This document shows, one piece after another, positions 30,586 through 39,468 of a stretch of 64,000 nucleotides of DNA. The stretch spans positions 60,613 to 124,612 of the forward strand of contig DATBQR010000121.1 in assembly GCA_036560705.1 (NCBI GenBank), given 5' to 3'. The position numbers and the translations under genes are program-made. The notes under the pieces were generated by a model. It was not told the DNA's origin, did not search any database, and saw only the letters and a program-made list of their open reading frames with translations. Position 1 is the stretch's first letter; every line of letters starts with the position of its first letter. Origin of the DNA: Burkholderiales bacterium. GTDB taxonomy: Bacteria; Pseudomonadota; Gammaproteobacteria; Burkholderiales; SG8-39.

Positions 30586-30929
30586 TCCACGATACAGAGC
30601 GACTGCGGATTGAAGTGCTCGCGGAAGCCTGAGCTTAGCCATTCAGACTGGTTCTTGAACCTATAAAAATCAAAGTGATACAAGTTTAATCTCAAAAGGC
30701 TATAAGGTTCAAGCAGCGTATAGGTCGGGCTTTTTACCCGTCCCGGATGGCCCAGGGCGCGAATCAGGCCCCGGGCCAGGGTGGTTTTCCCGGAGCCGAG
30801 ATCTCCCTTGAGGTGCAGCACCAGCCCGTTCGCTGCGCCGGCGGCCAGCGCTTCGCCGAATCGAAGCGTCGCGGCTTCTCCGGGCAAACTGAGATGCAGA
30901 GGGTCGGGCCAGTTAGGATGCTCGGCCAT
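30432..30929 (-). CDS. tsaE: tRNA t6A biosynthesis ATPase TsaE
   Basis: LKGDLGSGKTTLARG P-loop, SPTYTL and LYHFDFYR motifs. Confidence 0.9.
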   Translation of the reverse strand: MAEHPNWPDPLHLSLPGEAATLRFGEALAAGAANGLVLHLKGDLGSGKTTLARGLIRALGHPGRVKSPTYTLLEPYSLLRLNLYHFDFYRFKNQSEWLSSGFREHFNPQSLCIVEWPERAGDLLTPPDFEIHLRYDGESRTAALAAHSKPGEAWLATALLRWRSS

Positions 30930-31980
30930 GGATTATTCGGTGCTCGCGGCGGACATCAAGCAGTGGGGACTGGGGCTCGGCTTCCAGGCGGTGGGCATTG
31001 CGGATACCGATCTCTCGGCCGCGCATGGCCGCCTCGCCGGCTGGCTCGGGCTGGGGTGGCACGGCGAGATGGATTATATGGCGCGGCACGGCGAACTCCG
31101 CTCGCGCCCGGCCGACTTGGTGCCCGGCACCCTGCGCGTGCTCTCCTGCCGCATGGACTACCTGGCGGATGTCCCCGGTTCCGTCGAAGAGGAACTGCGG
31201 GATCCGTCCGCGGCGTACATCGCGCGCTACGCGCGCGGCCGCGACTACCACAAGGTGATGCGCGGCCGCCTGCAGAAGCTCTGCGAGCGCATCGAGGCCG
31301 AGGTCGGCCCCTTCGGCCACCGCGCTTTCGCGGACTCGGCGCCTGTCATGGAGGTGGAACTGGCGGTGCGCGCCGGCGTCGGCTGGCGCGGCAAGCACAC
31401 GCTGCTGCTCGACCGCGGCGCGGGCTCGTGGTTTTTCCTCGGCGAGATTTACTGCGATCTGCCGCTGCCGGTGGATGCGCCGGCGACGGACCATTGCGGC
31501 AGCTGCCGCCGCTGCATCGACGTCTGCCCGACGCAGGCGATCCGCGCGCCCTACCGACTGGAGGCGCAGCGCTGCATTTCCTACCTGACGATAGAACTCA
31601 AGGGGCCGATTCCCGAGGAATTCCGCCCGCTCATCGGCAACCGTGTTTATGGCTGCGACGACTGCCAGCTGGTCTGTCCGTGGAACGGCTTTGCCCGCCT
31701 TTCTGACGAAGATGATTTCAAGGTCAGGAACGGGCTGGATCGCTCGACGCTGGTGGAACTGTTCGGCTGGACCGCGGAGGAGTTCGACCGGAGAATGCAG
31801 GGTTCGCCGATCCGGCGCATCGGCTACGAGCGCTGGCTCAGGAATCTGGCGGTGGGCCTCGGCAATGCGCCGGGCTCGCCTGAAATCATTCAATCCCTGA
31901 AGAAACGAATGGACCATCAATCCCCCCTGGTTCGCGAACATGTAGCTTGGGCGCTCGAACGTCATGGCCTGGCAGCCTGA
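30928..31980 (+). CDS. queG: epoxyqueuosine reductase
   Basis: Internal ATG of track ORF 30781..31980. Two 4Fe-4S motifs (CGSCRRCIDVCPTQAI, GCDDCQLVCPWN) and C-terminal HEAT-like repeats. Confidence 0.9.
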   Translation: MDYSVLAADIKQWGLGLGFQAVGIADTDLSAAHGRLAGWLGLGWHGEMDYMARHGELRSRPADLVPGTLRVLSCRMDYLADVPGSVEEELRDPSAAYIARYARGRDYHKVMRGRLQKLCERIEAEVGPFGHRAFADSAPVMEVELAVRAGVGWRGKHTLLLDRGAGSWFFLGEIYCDLPLPVDAPATDHCGSCRRCIDVCPTQAIRAPYRLEAQRCISYLTIELKGPIPEEFRPLIGNRVYGCDDCQLVCPWNGFARLSDEDDFKVRNGLDRSTLVELFGWTAEEFDRRMQGSPIRRIGYERWLRNLAVGLGNAPGSPEIIQSLKKRMDHQSPLVREHVAWALERHGLAA

Positions 31981-32863
31981 CCGCCTGTTGCCCGGGTTCG
32001 AGTCGCTCGAGCTCGCGGCGCCGGACGACTACGACGGGCGCGTGGTGGCGACGCTGGTGCGCCTGCCCGCGCCGGAAGCGCTGCAAGGTGCGGTGCGAGG
32101 CAGCGTACTGTACGTGCACGGTTTCATCGACTATTTTTTCCAGCAGCACATGGCCCGGCGCTTCGCCGCCGAGGGCTATGCGTTCTACGCCCTCGACCTG
32201 CGCAAGCACGGCCGCTCGCTGCTGCCGCAGCAGCACCCGTGCTTCTGCAAGGATCTGTCCGAGTACTACGACGACATCACGCGCGCGATCACGGAGATCG
32301 GCGCCGACGTGCTGCTGGCCGGGCATTCGACCGGTGGACTGATCTGTTCCCTGTACAAGCATGAAGGCGAGCAGCGCGATCGCGTGCGCGCGCTCTGGCT
32401 GAACAGCCCGTTCTTCGACTGGAAGGAAGCCCGCAAGGGCAAATTGCGGATCGCCCGGTTGCTCGGCTGGTTTTCCCCGTTCATGAACGATCCCGGGGCG
32501 GTGCTGCCGGCCTACGTGCGCAGCCTTCACAGGAACTGGGATGGCGAGTGGGACTTTGATCTCTCGCTCAAGCCATTGATGGGATTTCCGGCCTACTTCG
32601 GCTGGGTAGGGGCGATCTTCGCGGCGCACGCCAAGGTCCACGCCGGCCTGTCGCTGGATTGCCCGGTGCTGTCGATGTATTCGGACGAAGCCGACATGGT
32701 GCTCGACTGGAAGCAGGTGTCGCGCTGGTCGCGCACGCTCGGCCGGGATGTGACCGCGCTGCAATTTCCCGGGGGACTGCACGACCTCGTGCTCTCGGCC
32801 GCGGAGGTCCGCGAGAGCGTCTTCCACCAGCTGTTCGCCTGGACGGCGGGAAGGTCTCTCTAG
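31964..32863 (+). CDS. alpha/beta-fold hydrolase (lysophospholipase-like)
   Basis: VHGFIDYF and the nucleophile elbow AGHSTGG. 299 aa. Confidence 0.7.
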   Translation: MAWQPDRLLPGFESLELAAPDDYDGRVVATLVRLPAPEALQGAVRGSVLYVHGFIDYFFQQHMARRFAAEGYAFYALDLRKHGRSLLPQQHPCFCKDLSEYYDDITRAITEIGADVLLAGHSTGGLICSLYKHEGEQRDRVRALWLNSPFFDWKEARKGKLRIARLLGWFSPFMNDPGAVLPAYVRSLHRNWDGEWDFDLSLKPLMGFPAYFGWVGAIFAAHAKVHAGLSLDCPVLSMYSDEADMVLDWKQVSRWSRTLGRDVTALQFPGGLHDLVLSAAEVRESVFHQLFAWTAGRSL

Positions 32864-33687
32864 AGGCTGCGCGCGATCGGCCGGGCGGGGTCCGCGGACC
32901 ACTCGCTCCAGGAACCGATGTAGACGCGCGATCCGGTGAGGCCGGCGACTTCCATCGCCAGCGCGTTGTGGCAGGCGGCGACGCCGGAGCCGCAGTAGTG
33001 GATGTAGTCCGCCGGATTTCGTCCGGCGAGGGCCGCTTCGAATTCGGCGCGCAGCACTTCCGGCTGCTTGAAGGTGCCCTCGGCCGAGAGGTTGTCGTTG
33101 TTGAAGCGGTTCTTCGCGCCCGGGATGCGCCCTGCGACCGGATCGATCGGCTCCTGCTCGCCGCGGTAGCGCGCGGGCGCGCGCGCGTCGAGCAGCGCCG
33201 CCTTGCGGAGTTTTTTCTCGACCAGAGAGACGGTCGCAACCGCCGAGGCCCTGGCTTTCCCAGGATAGCCGGCCGGCGGGAACTGCGGGACCTCGGCGGT
33301 CACCGGCCGGCCTTCCTTCAGCCACTTCGCCATGCCGCCATCGAGAACGGCAACCGGTTCGTGTCCCACCCAGCGCAGCATCCACCACAGGCGCGCGGCC
33401 ATGGCGCCCGGCCCGCCGTCGTAGCAGACCACCTGGTCTTCCGGTTTGAGGCCCTGCCTGCCCAGCCATGAAATGAAGCTCCTCGGTTCGGGCAGCGGGT
33501 GACGGCCGTTCCTGCCCGTCTTCGGCGCGGAGAGGTCGCGATCGAGGTGCGCGAACAGGGCGCCCGCGATATGCGCCTCGCCGTATTGCTGCTCGCCGAG
33601 AGCGGGATTGGCAAGATCGTGGCGGCAATCGAACACGCGCCACTCGGGGTGCTGCGCCAGTTCGCCGGTCGATACCAGTGCGTTCAT
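32860..33687 (-). CDS. sseA: two-domain rhodanese sulfurtransferase (3-mercaptopyruvate/thiosulfate type)
   Basis: Internal ATG 33687 of track ORF 32860..34749. Tandem rhodanese domains with the active-site loop YCGSGVAA. ATGA overlap with the upstream Rieske gene. Confidence 0.85.
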   Translation of the reverse strand: MNALVSTGELAQHPEWRVFDCRHDLANPALGEQQYGEAHIAGALFAHLDRDLSAPKTGRNGRHPLPEPRSFISWLGRQGLKPEDQVVCYDGGPGAMAARLWWMLRWVGHEPVAVLDGGMAKWLKEGRPVTAEVPQFPPAGYPGKARASAVATVSLVEKKLRKAALLDARAPARYRGEQEPIDPVAGRIPGAKNRFNNDNLSAEGTFKQPEVLRAEFEAALAGRNPADYIHYCGSGVAACHNALAMEVAGLTGSRVYIGSWSEWSADPARPIARSL

Positions 33688-34790
33688 TTGCCGAGCTCGC
33701 GCCGCAGCCACTCGTGGAAATGCACCATCGTGTCCTCCATCGGCGACTGGTACGGGCCGGCGTCGTCCAGGCCCTGCTGCCAGAGCGCGCGGCGGCCGCG
33801 ATCCATGCGGCGGCAGATTTCGTCGTCCTCCAGCGCCGTTTCGACGTAGGCGGCTCTCTGCGCCTCGACGAATTCGCGCTCGAAATGGACGATTTCCTCG
33901 GGATAATAGAATTCCACCACGTTGGTGGTGAGCGTGGGCGAGCGCGGGATCAGGTTGGAGACGATCAGCACGTTCGGATACCACTCGAAGGTCAGCCCGG
34001 GAAAATAGGTGGCCCAGAGTGCGCCGTATTTCGGCGTCTTGCCGCCGAGGCGCTTCAGGCAGGCGTCCTGCCATTTGCGATAGACCGGCGTGCCGGGTGC
34101 GGTCAGGCCCTTTTTGGCCGACATCACCTGCACCGAGTTGCGCTCGCCGTAGCGCACGTGGAAGTTGCTGCAATCGGCGAAGTTGCCCAGGCCCGCGTGC
34201 AGGAAATCCACGTGGTAGACCTCGAGGTAGACCTCGACGAAGGTTTTCCAGTTGGTGGCGTAATCCGTGGTCTCCACGCGGTCGAGCACGTAGCCGGAAA
34301 AATCGAAATCCTCGCTGCAGCCGAAATCGGCCAGGTCCTTGCGCGCATCGCGCGGTCCGGTGAACAGCAGCCCGTTCCAGCGGGTCAGGGGACTCGAGTG
34401 CAGCTTCACGCAGGGATTTTCCGGAAACTGCGGCGCGCCGAGCAGCTCGCCCTTCAGGTCGTAGGTCCAGCGGTGCAGCGGGCAGACGATGTTCTGGATG
34501 TTGCCGCGCCCCTCGAGCATCAGCGATTGCCGGTGGCGGCAGACATTCGACAGCAGCTCGACGCCGCCCGCATTTTCCGAGTTCCTCACCAGCATCCTGG
34601 CGTCGTCCATCCAGCCGATGGTCTGGTAGTCGCCCACGTTCGGCACCATCAGTTCGTGGCCGGCGTAGCCCGGGCCGGCATCGAACAGAAGTTTTTTCTC
34701 GAGCGCGAAGATTTCCGGATCGAAGTACCAGCTGACCGGCAGCTGGCACTGGACCGGCCGCAGGTGGGGCGCGGGAATGAGCTTGGACAT
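33684..34790 (-). CDS. Rieske [2Fe-2S] non-heme-iron oxygenase, alpha-subunit-like (stand-alone)
   Basis: Rieske motif CRHRQSL...CPLHRWTY and mononuclear-iron motif NWKTFVEVYLEVYHVDFLH. No beta subunit or reductase gene adjacent. Confidence 0.8.
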   Translation of the reverse strand: MSKLIPAPHLRPVQCQLPVSWYFDPEIFALEKKLLFDAGPGYAGHELMVPNVGDYQTIGWMDDARMLVRNSENAGGVELLSNVCRHRQSLMLEGRGNIQNIVCPLHRWTYDLKGELLGAPQFPENPCVKLHSSPLTRWNGLLFTGPRDARKDLADFGCSEDFDFSGYVLDRVETTDYATNWKTFVEVYLEVYHVDFLHAGLGNFADCSNFHVRYGERNSVQVMSAKKGLTAPGTPVYRKWQDACLKRLGGKTPKYGALWATYFPGLTFEWYPNVLIVSNLIPRSPTLTTNVVEFYYPEEIVHFEREFVEAQRAAYVETALEDDEICRRMDRGRRALWQQGLDDAGPYQSPMEDTMVHFHEWLRRELGK

Positions 34791-34851
34791 TCGCTGGTTG
34801 CGCGTACGTGCCGTAAGTGCTTAAAAGCGCGGCATTTTACATGATTCGGGT

Positions 34852-34880
34852 TTGACCCTGCCGCCGCACTCGGATATGGT
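34852..34880 (+). promoter_or_regulatory. putative sigma70 promoter of xseB-ispA-dxs
   Basis: TTGACC (34852-34857), 17-nt spacer, TATGGT (34875-34880). The ATG is only 12 nt downstream and has no SD. Confidence 0.45.
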
Positions 34881-34892
34881 GTCCACCCCCCT

Positions 34893-35141
34893 ATGAGCAA
34901 GCAAGCGAAGCCCGCCGAACCGACCTTCGAGAAGGCCCTGGCGGAACTCGAAAGCATCGTGGCCCGCATGGAAGAGGGCGGCCTGTCGCTCGAGCAGTCG
35001 CTGGCCGCGCACAAGCGTGGCCTGGAACTGGCGAAGCAGTGCCGCGAACGTCTCGAGGCCGCGCAGCAGCAGGTCAAGGTGCTGGAAGGGGAAGTGCTCA
35101 AGCCTCTGCTGGCCGGGTCGGATGCTGGCGAGCGCGACTGA
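34893..35141 (+). CDS. xseB: exodeoxyribonuclease VII small subunit
   Basis: 82 aa. FEKALAELESIVARMEEGGLSLEQSL is the XseB signature. Confidence 0.93.
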   Translation: MSKQAKPAEPTFEKALAELESIVARMEEGGLSLEQSLAAHKRGLELAKQCRERLEAAQQQVKVLEGEVLKPLLAGSDAGERD

Positions 35142-36027
35142 GGCCGATTTCACCGCCTGGATGGGAGCGATCCAGGCGCGCGTCGAAGGCGCGCTCGCGC
35201 GCAGCCTTCCCGGCCCGCAGCACGCGCCCGCCCGCCTGCACGAGGCGATGCGCTACGCCACGCTGGAAGGCGGCAAGCGCGTCCGCCCGCTGCTGACTTT
35301 CGCGGCCGGCGAATTCGCCGGCGCCGCCGAAGGCCGGCTCGACATCGCGGCGTCGGCGGTGGAGATGGTCCACGCTTACTCCCTGGTGCACGACGACATG
35401 CCGTGCATGGATGACGACGTGCTGCGCCGGGGCAAGCCCACCGTGCACGTCGAGTACGACCAGGCCATGGCGCTGCTCGTCGGCGACGCCTTGCAAACGC
35501 TCGCTTTCCAGTTGCTGGCGGAAAATCCGCTCGCCGACGATCCGCGCGTGCAGCTGGAAATGGTGCGCACGCTGGCCGTCGCCGCCGGCTCGCGCGGCAT
35601 GGCGGGCGGGCAGGCGATCGACCTGGAAGCGACCGGCAAACCGCTCTCCCAGACGGAACTCGAATTCATGCACGTGCGCAAGACGGGAGCGCTGATCAGC
35701 GCCGCGGTAAAGCTGGGCGCGCTGTGCGCCGGGCCCTGCCCGGCGGCGCTCGAGCAGTACGCGCACCGCGTCGGCCTCGCGTTCCAGGTCGTCGACGACG
35801 TGCTGGATGCCGAAGCGAGCACCGCGACGCTCGGCAAGACCGCCGGCAAGGACTCGAAGCAGGGCAAGCCCACCTATGTTTCGGCGATGGGCGCCGGGCC
35901 CGCGAAGCGGTTCGCGGAGGAATTGCGCGGCGGCGCACACGCGGCGCTGGATGCGCTGGGCGGCCGCACGGGTTCCACGCTGCGCCTGCGGCAGCTCGCG
36001 GACTTCATTGTTCTGAGAAAATTCTAG
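35122..36027 (+). CDS. ispA: (2E,6E)-farnesyl diphosphate synthase
   Basis: FARM motif [12 protein letters not shown] and SARM motif FQVVDDVLD. Internal ATG overlapping the xseB 3' end by 20 nt. Confidence 0.9.
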   Translation: MLASATEADFTAWMGAIQARVEGALARSLPGPQHAPARLHEAMRYATLEGGKRVRPLLTFAAGEFAGAAEGRLDIAASAVEMVHAYSLVHDDMPCMDDDVLRRGKPTVHVEYDQAMALLVGDALQTLAFQLLAENPLADDPRVQLEMVRTLAVAAGSRGMAGGQAIDLEATGKPLSQTELEFMHVRKTGALISAAVKLGALCAGPCPAALEQYAHRVGLAFQVVDDVLDAEASTATLGKTAGKDSKQGKPTYVSAMGAGPAKRFAEELRGGAHAALDALGGRTGSTLRLRQLADFIVLRKF

Positions 36028-36029
36028 CC

Positions 36030-37934
36030 ATGAGCACGATTTCCGGCGTGAGCGGGGACCTTCCGGTCGACGGCTACAATCCGTCGATGTACGAGTTGCT
36101 GAAGACGATCAACGACCCGGTCGAGTTGCGCGGGCTGGATAAAAGGCAGCTGCAGCAGCTCGCCGACGAACTGCGCGCCTACGTGCTCGACTCGGTTTCC
36201 AAGACCGGCGGCCACCTGTCGTCCAACCTCGGCACGGTGGAACTGACGATCGCCCTGCATTACGTGTTCGATACCCCCGAGGATCGCATCGTCTGGGATG
36301 TCGGACACCAGACCTACGCCCACAAGATCCTCACCGGCCGGCGCGAACAGATGGCGAAGCTGCGGATGGTTGACGGCATCTCCGGCTTCCCGAGGCGCAG
36401 CGAGTCGAAATACGACGCCTTCGGCACGGCCCATTCGTCGACTTCGATCTCGGCCGCGCTCGGCATGGCCGTGGCCGCCAAGCGCAAAGGCGAGAAGCGC
36501 AGGGCGGTTGCGGTCATCGGCGACGGCGCCATGTCGGCGGGCATGGCGTTCGAGGCGCTGAACAATGCCGGCGCGATGGACGTCGACCTGCTGGTGATCC
36601 TGAACGACAACGAGATGTCCATTTCGCGGCCGGTGGGCGCGCTGACCAACTACCTGGCGCGGCTGCTGTCCGGGCGCATGTACGACACGGCCAAGCGGGC
36701 GAGCGAACACATCCTCAAGCGCCTGCCGATCGCCTGGGAACTCGCCAGGCGCGCCGAGGAGCACGTGAAGGGCATGGTTTCGCCCTCGACGCTGTTCGAG
36801 GAGTTCGGCTTCAACTATATCGGCCCCATCGACGGCCACGATCTCGACACGCTGGTCGCCACGCTGACCAACATCAAGAAATTGCGCGGGCCCCAGTTCC
36901 TGCACGTCCTCACGCGCAAGGGCCAGGGCTACAAGCTCGCCGAGGAAGACCCCATCACCTATCACGGTCCCGGCAAGTTCAACCCGGCCGAAGGGATCAA
37001 GAAGGCGGCTGCGGGCGGCAAGCCGGCCTACAGCCAGGTTTTCGGCGACTGGCTGTGCGACATGGCGAGGCAGGACGAGCGCCTGATCGCCATCACGCCG
37101 GCGATGCGCGAAGGTTCCGGGATGGTGCGCTTCTCGGAGGAATTCCCGGACCGCTATTTCGATGCGGCGATCGCCGAACAGCACGCGGTGACCTTCGCCG
37201 CGGGCCTCGCCTGCGAGGGGCTGAAGCCGGTGGTGGCGATCTACTCGACGTTCCTGCAGCGCGGCTACGACCAGCTGATCCACGACGTGGCGATCCAGAA
37301 CCTGCCGGTGCTGTTCGCGCTCGACCGGGGCGGCGTGGTGGGCGGTGACGGACAGACCCACAACGGGGCGTTCGACTATGCGTACCTGCGCACCGTGCCC
37401 AACCTCACCGTGATGGCGCCCGCCGACGAGAACGAATGCCGGCAGATGCTGTTCACCGGTTTCCAGATGAATGGGCCGGCGGCGGTCAGGTATCCGCGCG
37501 GCACCGGCCCCGGGGTTGCCCTGCAGCGGGAATTTTCTTCAATTCCCGTCGGCAAGGGCGAAGTAAAAAGAGCGGGCAAAAAAATCGCGATCCTCGCTTT
37601 CGGCTCGATGGTGAAGCCGGCCCTCGATGCGGCGGAAAACCTGGATGCGACGGTCGCCAGCATGCGCTTCGTCAAACCGCTGGATACGGACCTGGTGAAG
37701 CGGCTCGCCGAAACCCACGAACTCCTGGTCACGGTGGAGGAGCATCAGATCATGGGCGGGGCAGGCAGCGCGGTGTGCGAGGCGCTGGCGGCGCTGGGCA
37801 TTGAAAGGAAAGTGCTTTTGCTGGGATTGCCCGACCGGTTCATCGATCATGGCGACTCTGCCAAACTCCTGTCGGCAGTAGGGTTGGATGCGCAAGGCAT
37901 CCAAAAATCGGTTCGCTCCGTAATACCCGAGTAA
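36030..37934 (+). CDS. dxs: 1-deoxy-D-xylulose-5-phosphate synthase
   Basis: GGHLSSNLG and the [15 protein letters not shown] ThDP motif. The true start could be the downstream Met in MYELLKTIN. Confidence 0.93.
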   Translation: MSTISGVSGDLPVDGYNPSMYELLKTINDPVELRGLDKRQLQQLADELRAYVLDSVSKTGGHLSSNLGTVELTIALHYVFDTPEDRIVWDVGHQTYAHKILTGRREQMAKLRMVDGISGFPRRSESKYDAFGTAHSSTSISAALGMAVAAKRKGEKRRAVAVIGDGAMSAGMAFEALNNAGAMDVDLLVILNDNEMSISRPVGALTNYLARLLSGRMYDTAKRASEHILKRLPIAWELARRAEEHVKGMVSPSTLFEEFGFNYIGPIDGHDLDTLVATLTNIKKLRGPQFLHVLTRKGQGYKLAEEDPITYHGPGKFNPAEGIKKAAAGGKPAYSQVFGDWLCDMARQDERLIAITPAMREGSGMVRFSEEFPDRYFDAAIAEQHAVTFAAGLACEGLKPVVAIYSTFLQRGYDQLIHDVAIQNLPVLFALDRGGVVGGDGQTHNGAFDYAYLRTVPNLTVMAPADENECRQMLFTGFQMNGPAAVRYPRGTGPGVALQREFSSIPVGKGEVKRAGKKIAILAFGSMVKPALDAAENLDATVASMRFVKPLDTDLVKRLAETHELLVTVEEHQIMGGAGSAVCEALAALGIERKVLLLGLPDRFIDHGDSAKLLSAVGLDAQGIQKSVRSVIPE

Positions 37935-37944
37935 TTAACTCGGG
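37926..37944. promoter_or_regulatory. 7-bp inverted repeat CCCGAGT-AATTA-ACTCGGG spanning the dxs stop codon
   Basis: Read directly. Could be a weak dxs terminator hairpin or an operator, since it sits where a -35/spacer for the folE2 TATAAT would be. Confidence 0.4.
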
Positions 37945-37947
37945 AGT

Positions 37948-37953
37948 TATAAT
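37948..37953 (+). promoter_or_regulatory. perfect -10 hexamer TATAAT 6 nt upstream of the folE2 ATG
   Basis: TATAAT-cccctc-ATG. No Shine-Dalgarno. The spacing would put the TSS on or next to the A of the ATG. Confidence 0.4.
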
Positions 37954-37959
37954 CCCCTC

Positions 37960-38778
37960 ATGAACGCCAAAGACCCGCACGCCATCCCCGACGTCCAGAA
38001 CGACGCCGATTCGCGCAAGCTGGCAATCGACCAGGTGGGGGTCAAGGCGATCCGCCACCCGGTACGCGTGATGGAGAGGCCCTCCGCGGAACGCGCCTCG
38101 CCGACTGTGCAGCACACCATCGCCACCTTCAACATGTACGTCGGCCTGCCGCACCAGTTCAAGGGCACGCACATGTCGCGCTTCGTCGAGATCCTCAGCG
38201 CGCAGGAGCGCGAGCTCACCGTCGACAGTTTCAAGGCGATGCTGAAGGAGATGGTCGAGCGCCTCGAGGCCCGGGAAGGCCGCATCGAAATGCACTTCCC
38301 GTACTTCATCGAGAAGAAGGCGCCGGTGTCGGGCGTGAAGAGCCTGATGGACTACGAGGTCACTTTCATCGGCGAGATCAAGAAGGGCAAGCAATGCTTC
38401 GCGATGAAGGTGCTGGTGCCGGTGACCAGCCTGTGCCCCTGCTCGAAGAAGATTTCGGAATACGGCGCCCACAACCAGCGCTCGCACGTGACGGTGACGG
38501 CCAAGACCAGCGACTTCGTCTGGATCGAGGAAATCGTCGACCTGGTCGAGAGGCAGGCGTCGAGCGAACTCTACGGGCTGCTAAAGCGTCCGGACGAGAA
38601 GTTCGTCACCGAACGGGCCTACGACAACCCGAAATTCGTCGAGGACATGGTGCGCGACGTGGCCGCGGTCCTGAACCTGGACGAGCGCGTCACCTACTAC
38701 GTGGTCGAGTCGGAGAATTTCGAGTCGATCCACAACCACTCGGCCTACGCGCTGATCGAGCGAGACAAGCTCGCTTAG
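37960..38778 (+). CDS. folE2: GTP cyclohydrolase IB (FolE2)
   Basis: IPDVQN...[18 protein letters not shown]-terminus and [20 protein letters not shown] active-site region are typical of FolE2/MptA. Confidence 0.9.
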   Translation: MNAKDPHAIPDVQNDADSRKLAIDQVGVKAIRHPVRVMERPSAERASPTVQHTIATFNMYVGLPHQFKGTHMSRFVEILSAQERELTVDSFKAMLKEMVERLEAREGRIEMHFPYFIEKKAPVSGVKSLMDYEVTFIGEIKKGKQCFAMKVLVPVTSLCPCSKKISEYGAHNQRSHVTVTAKTSDFVWIEEIVDLVERQASSELYGLLKRPDEKFVTERAYDNPKFVEDMVRDVAAVLNLDERVTYYVVESENFESIHNHSAYALIERDKLA

Positions 38779-38832
38779 CGAGAAGGACAGGCAGGCCGCC
38801 TAGCAGCCGGCGGTCAGGGCTGGGCCGCCTGG

Positions 38833-39468
38833 CTAGTACCGGCGGGTCAGCGTCATCGTCTGGTCTTCGCGCCGTATTTCCATGCGGTTCAGGAAGGTGT
38901 TTCCCAGCAGCGAGACATCCAGGCCCTGCTCGATCACGACGGCATCGACGCCGTGCAGCTCGATGGGGCCGACGCGGATCGTGTCGAGCCTGACGACGTA
39001 CATCGGGGTCGGTCCGCCGGCGGTCTGCGTGGTGCCGCGCTGGCCCCGCTTGTAGTCGATGCCGAGCCGGGTTGCCTCGCTCGCGGGAATGGTGACGGCG
39101 GTCGCGCCGGTATCCACCACGAAACGGATGGCGCCGCCGTTGATCTGTCCCTCGGCCATGAAGTGCCCGCCGGTCCCGACGGCGAGCGTCACGCTCTGGC
39201 GCTCGGAAGCCGGCGCGCCGCTGCTGTAGAGCTGGCCGCGCGCCAGCACGCGGCGTTTGCCGTCCACTTCGACGGTCGCGCGGTCCTTTTCGACGGCGAT
39301 CAGCGTGACGCCGCCGAAGCTCTGTCCGACCTTGACCGTCTTCGGTGCGCCCGAATCGATCGACAGGATCGCGGCCGTGGACCCGAAGGTGCCGATCAGC
39401 GAGACGTCGGCGGCCGCGGCGGGAAGGCTCGCGAGCAGAGCGAGAAGCGCAATAGAATGTCGAATCAT
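38833..39468 (-). CDS. secreted retropepsin-like (clan AA) aspartic protease
   Basis: Signal peptide [20 protein letters not shown]. Single catalytic FVVDTGATAVTIP (DTGA) motif, and C-terminal LLGNTFL as in the TIGR02281-type family. Confidence 0.7.
   Translation of the reverse strand: MIRHSIALLALLASLPAAAADVSLIGTFGSTAAILSIDSGAPKTVKVGQSFGGVTLIAVEKDRATVEVDGKRRVLARGQLYSSGAPASERQSVTLAVGTGGHFMAEGQINGGAIRFVVDTGATAVTIPASEATRLGIDYKRGQRGTTQTAGGPTPMYVVRLDTIRVGPIELHGVDAVVIEQGLDVSLLGNTFLNRMEIRREDQTMTLTRRY

Noticed and set aside
38779-38850. Two similar GC-rich segments (GGCCGCCTAGCAGCCGGCGGTCAG / GGCCGCCTGGCTAGTACCGGCGGGTCAG) between folE2 and the protease gene, as a possible repeat or CRISPR-like element.
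   Set aside because: There are only two imperfect copies. Each forms a short hairpin in a convergent 3' region, which is most simply explained as weak terminator structures. There is no spacer/repeat periodicity.
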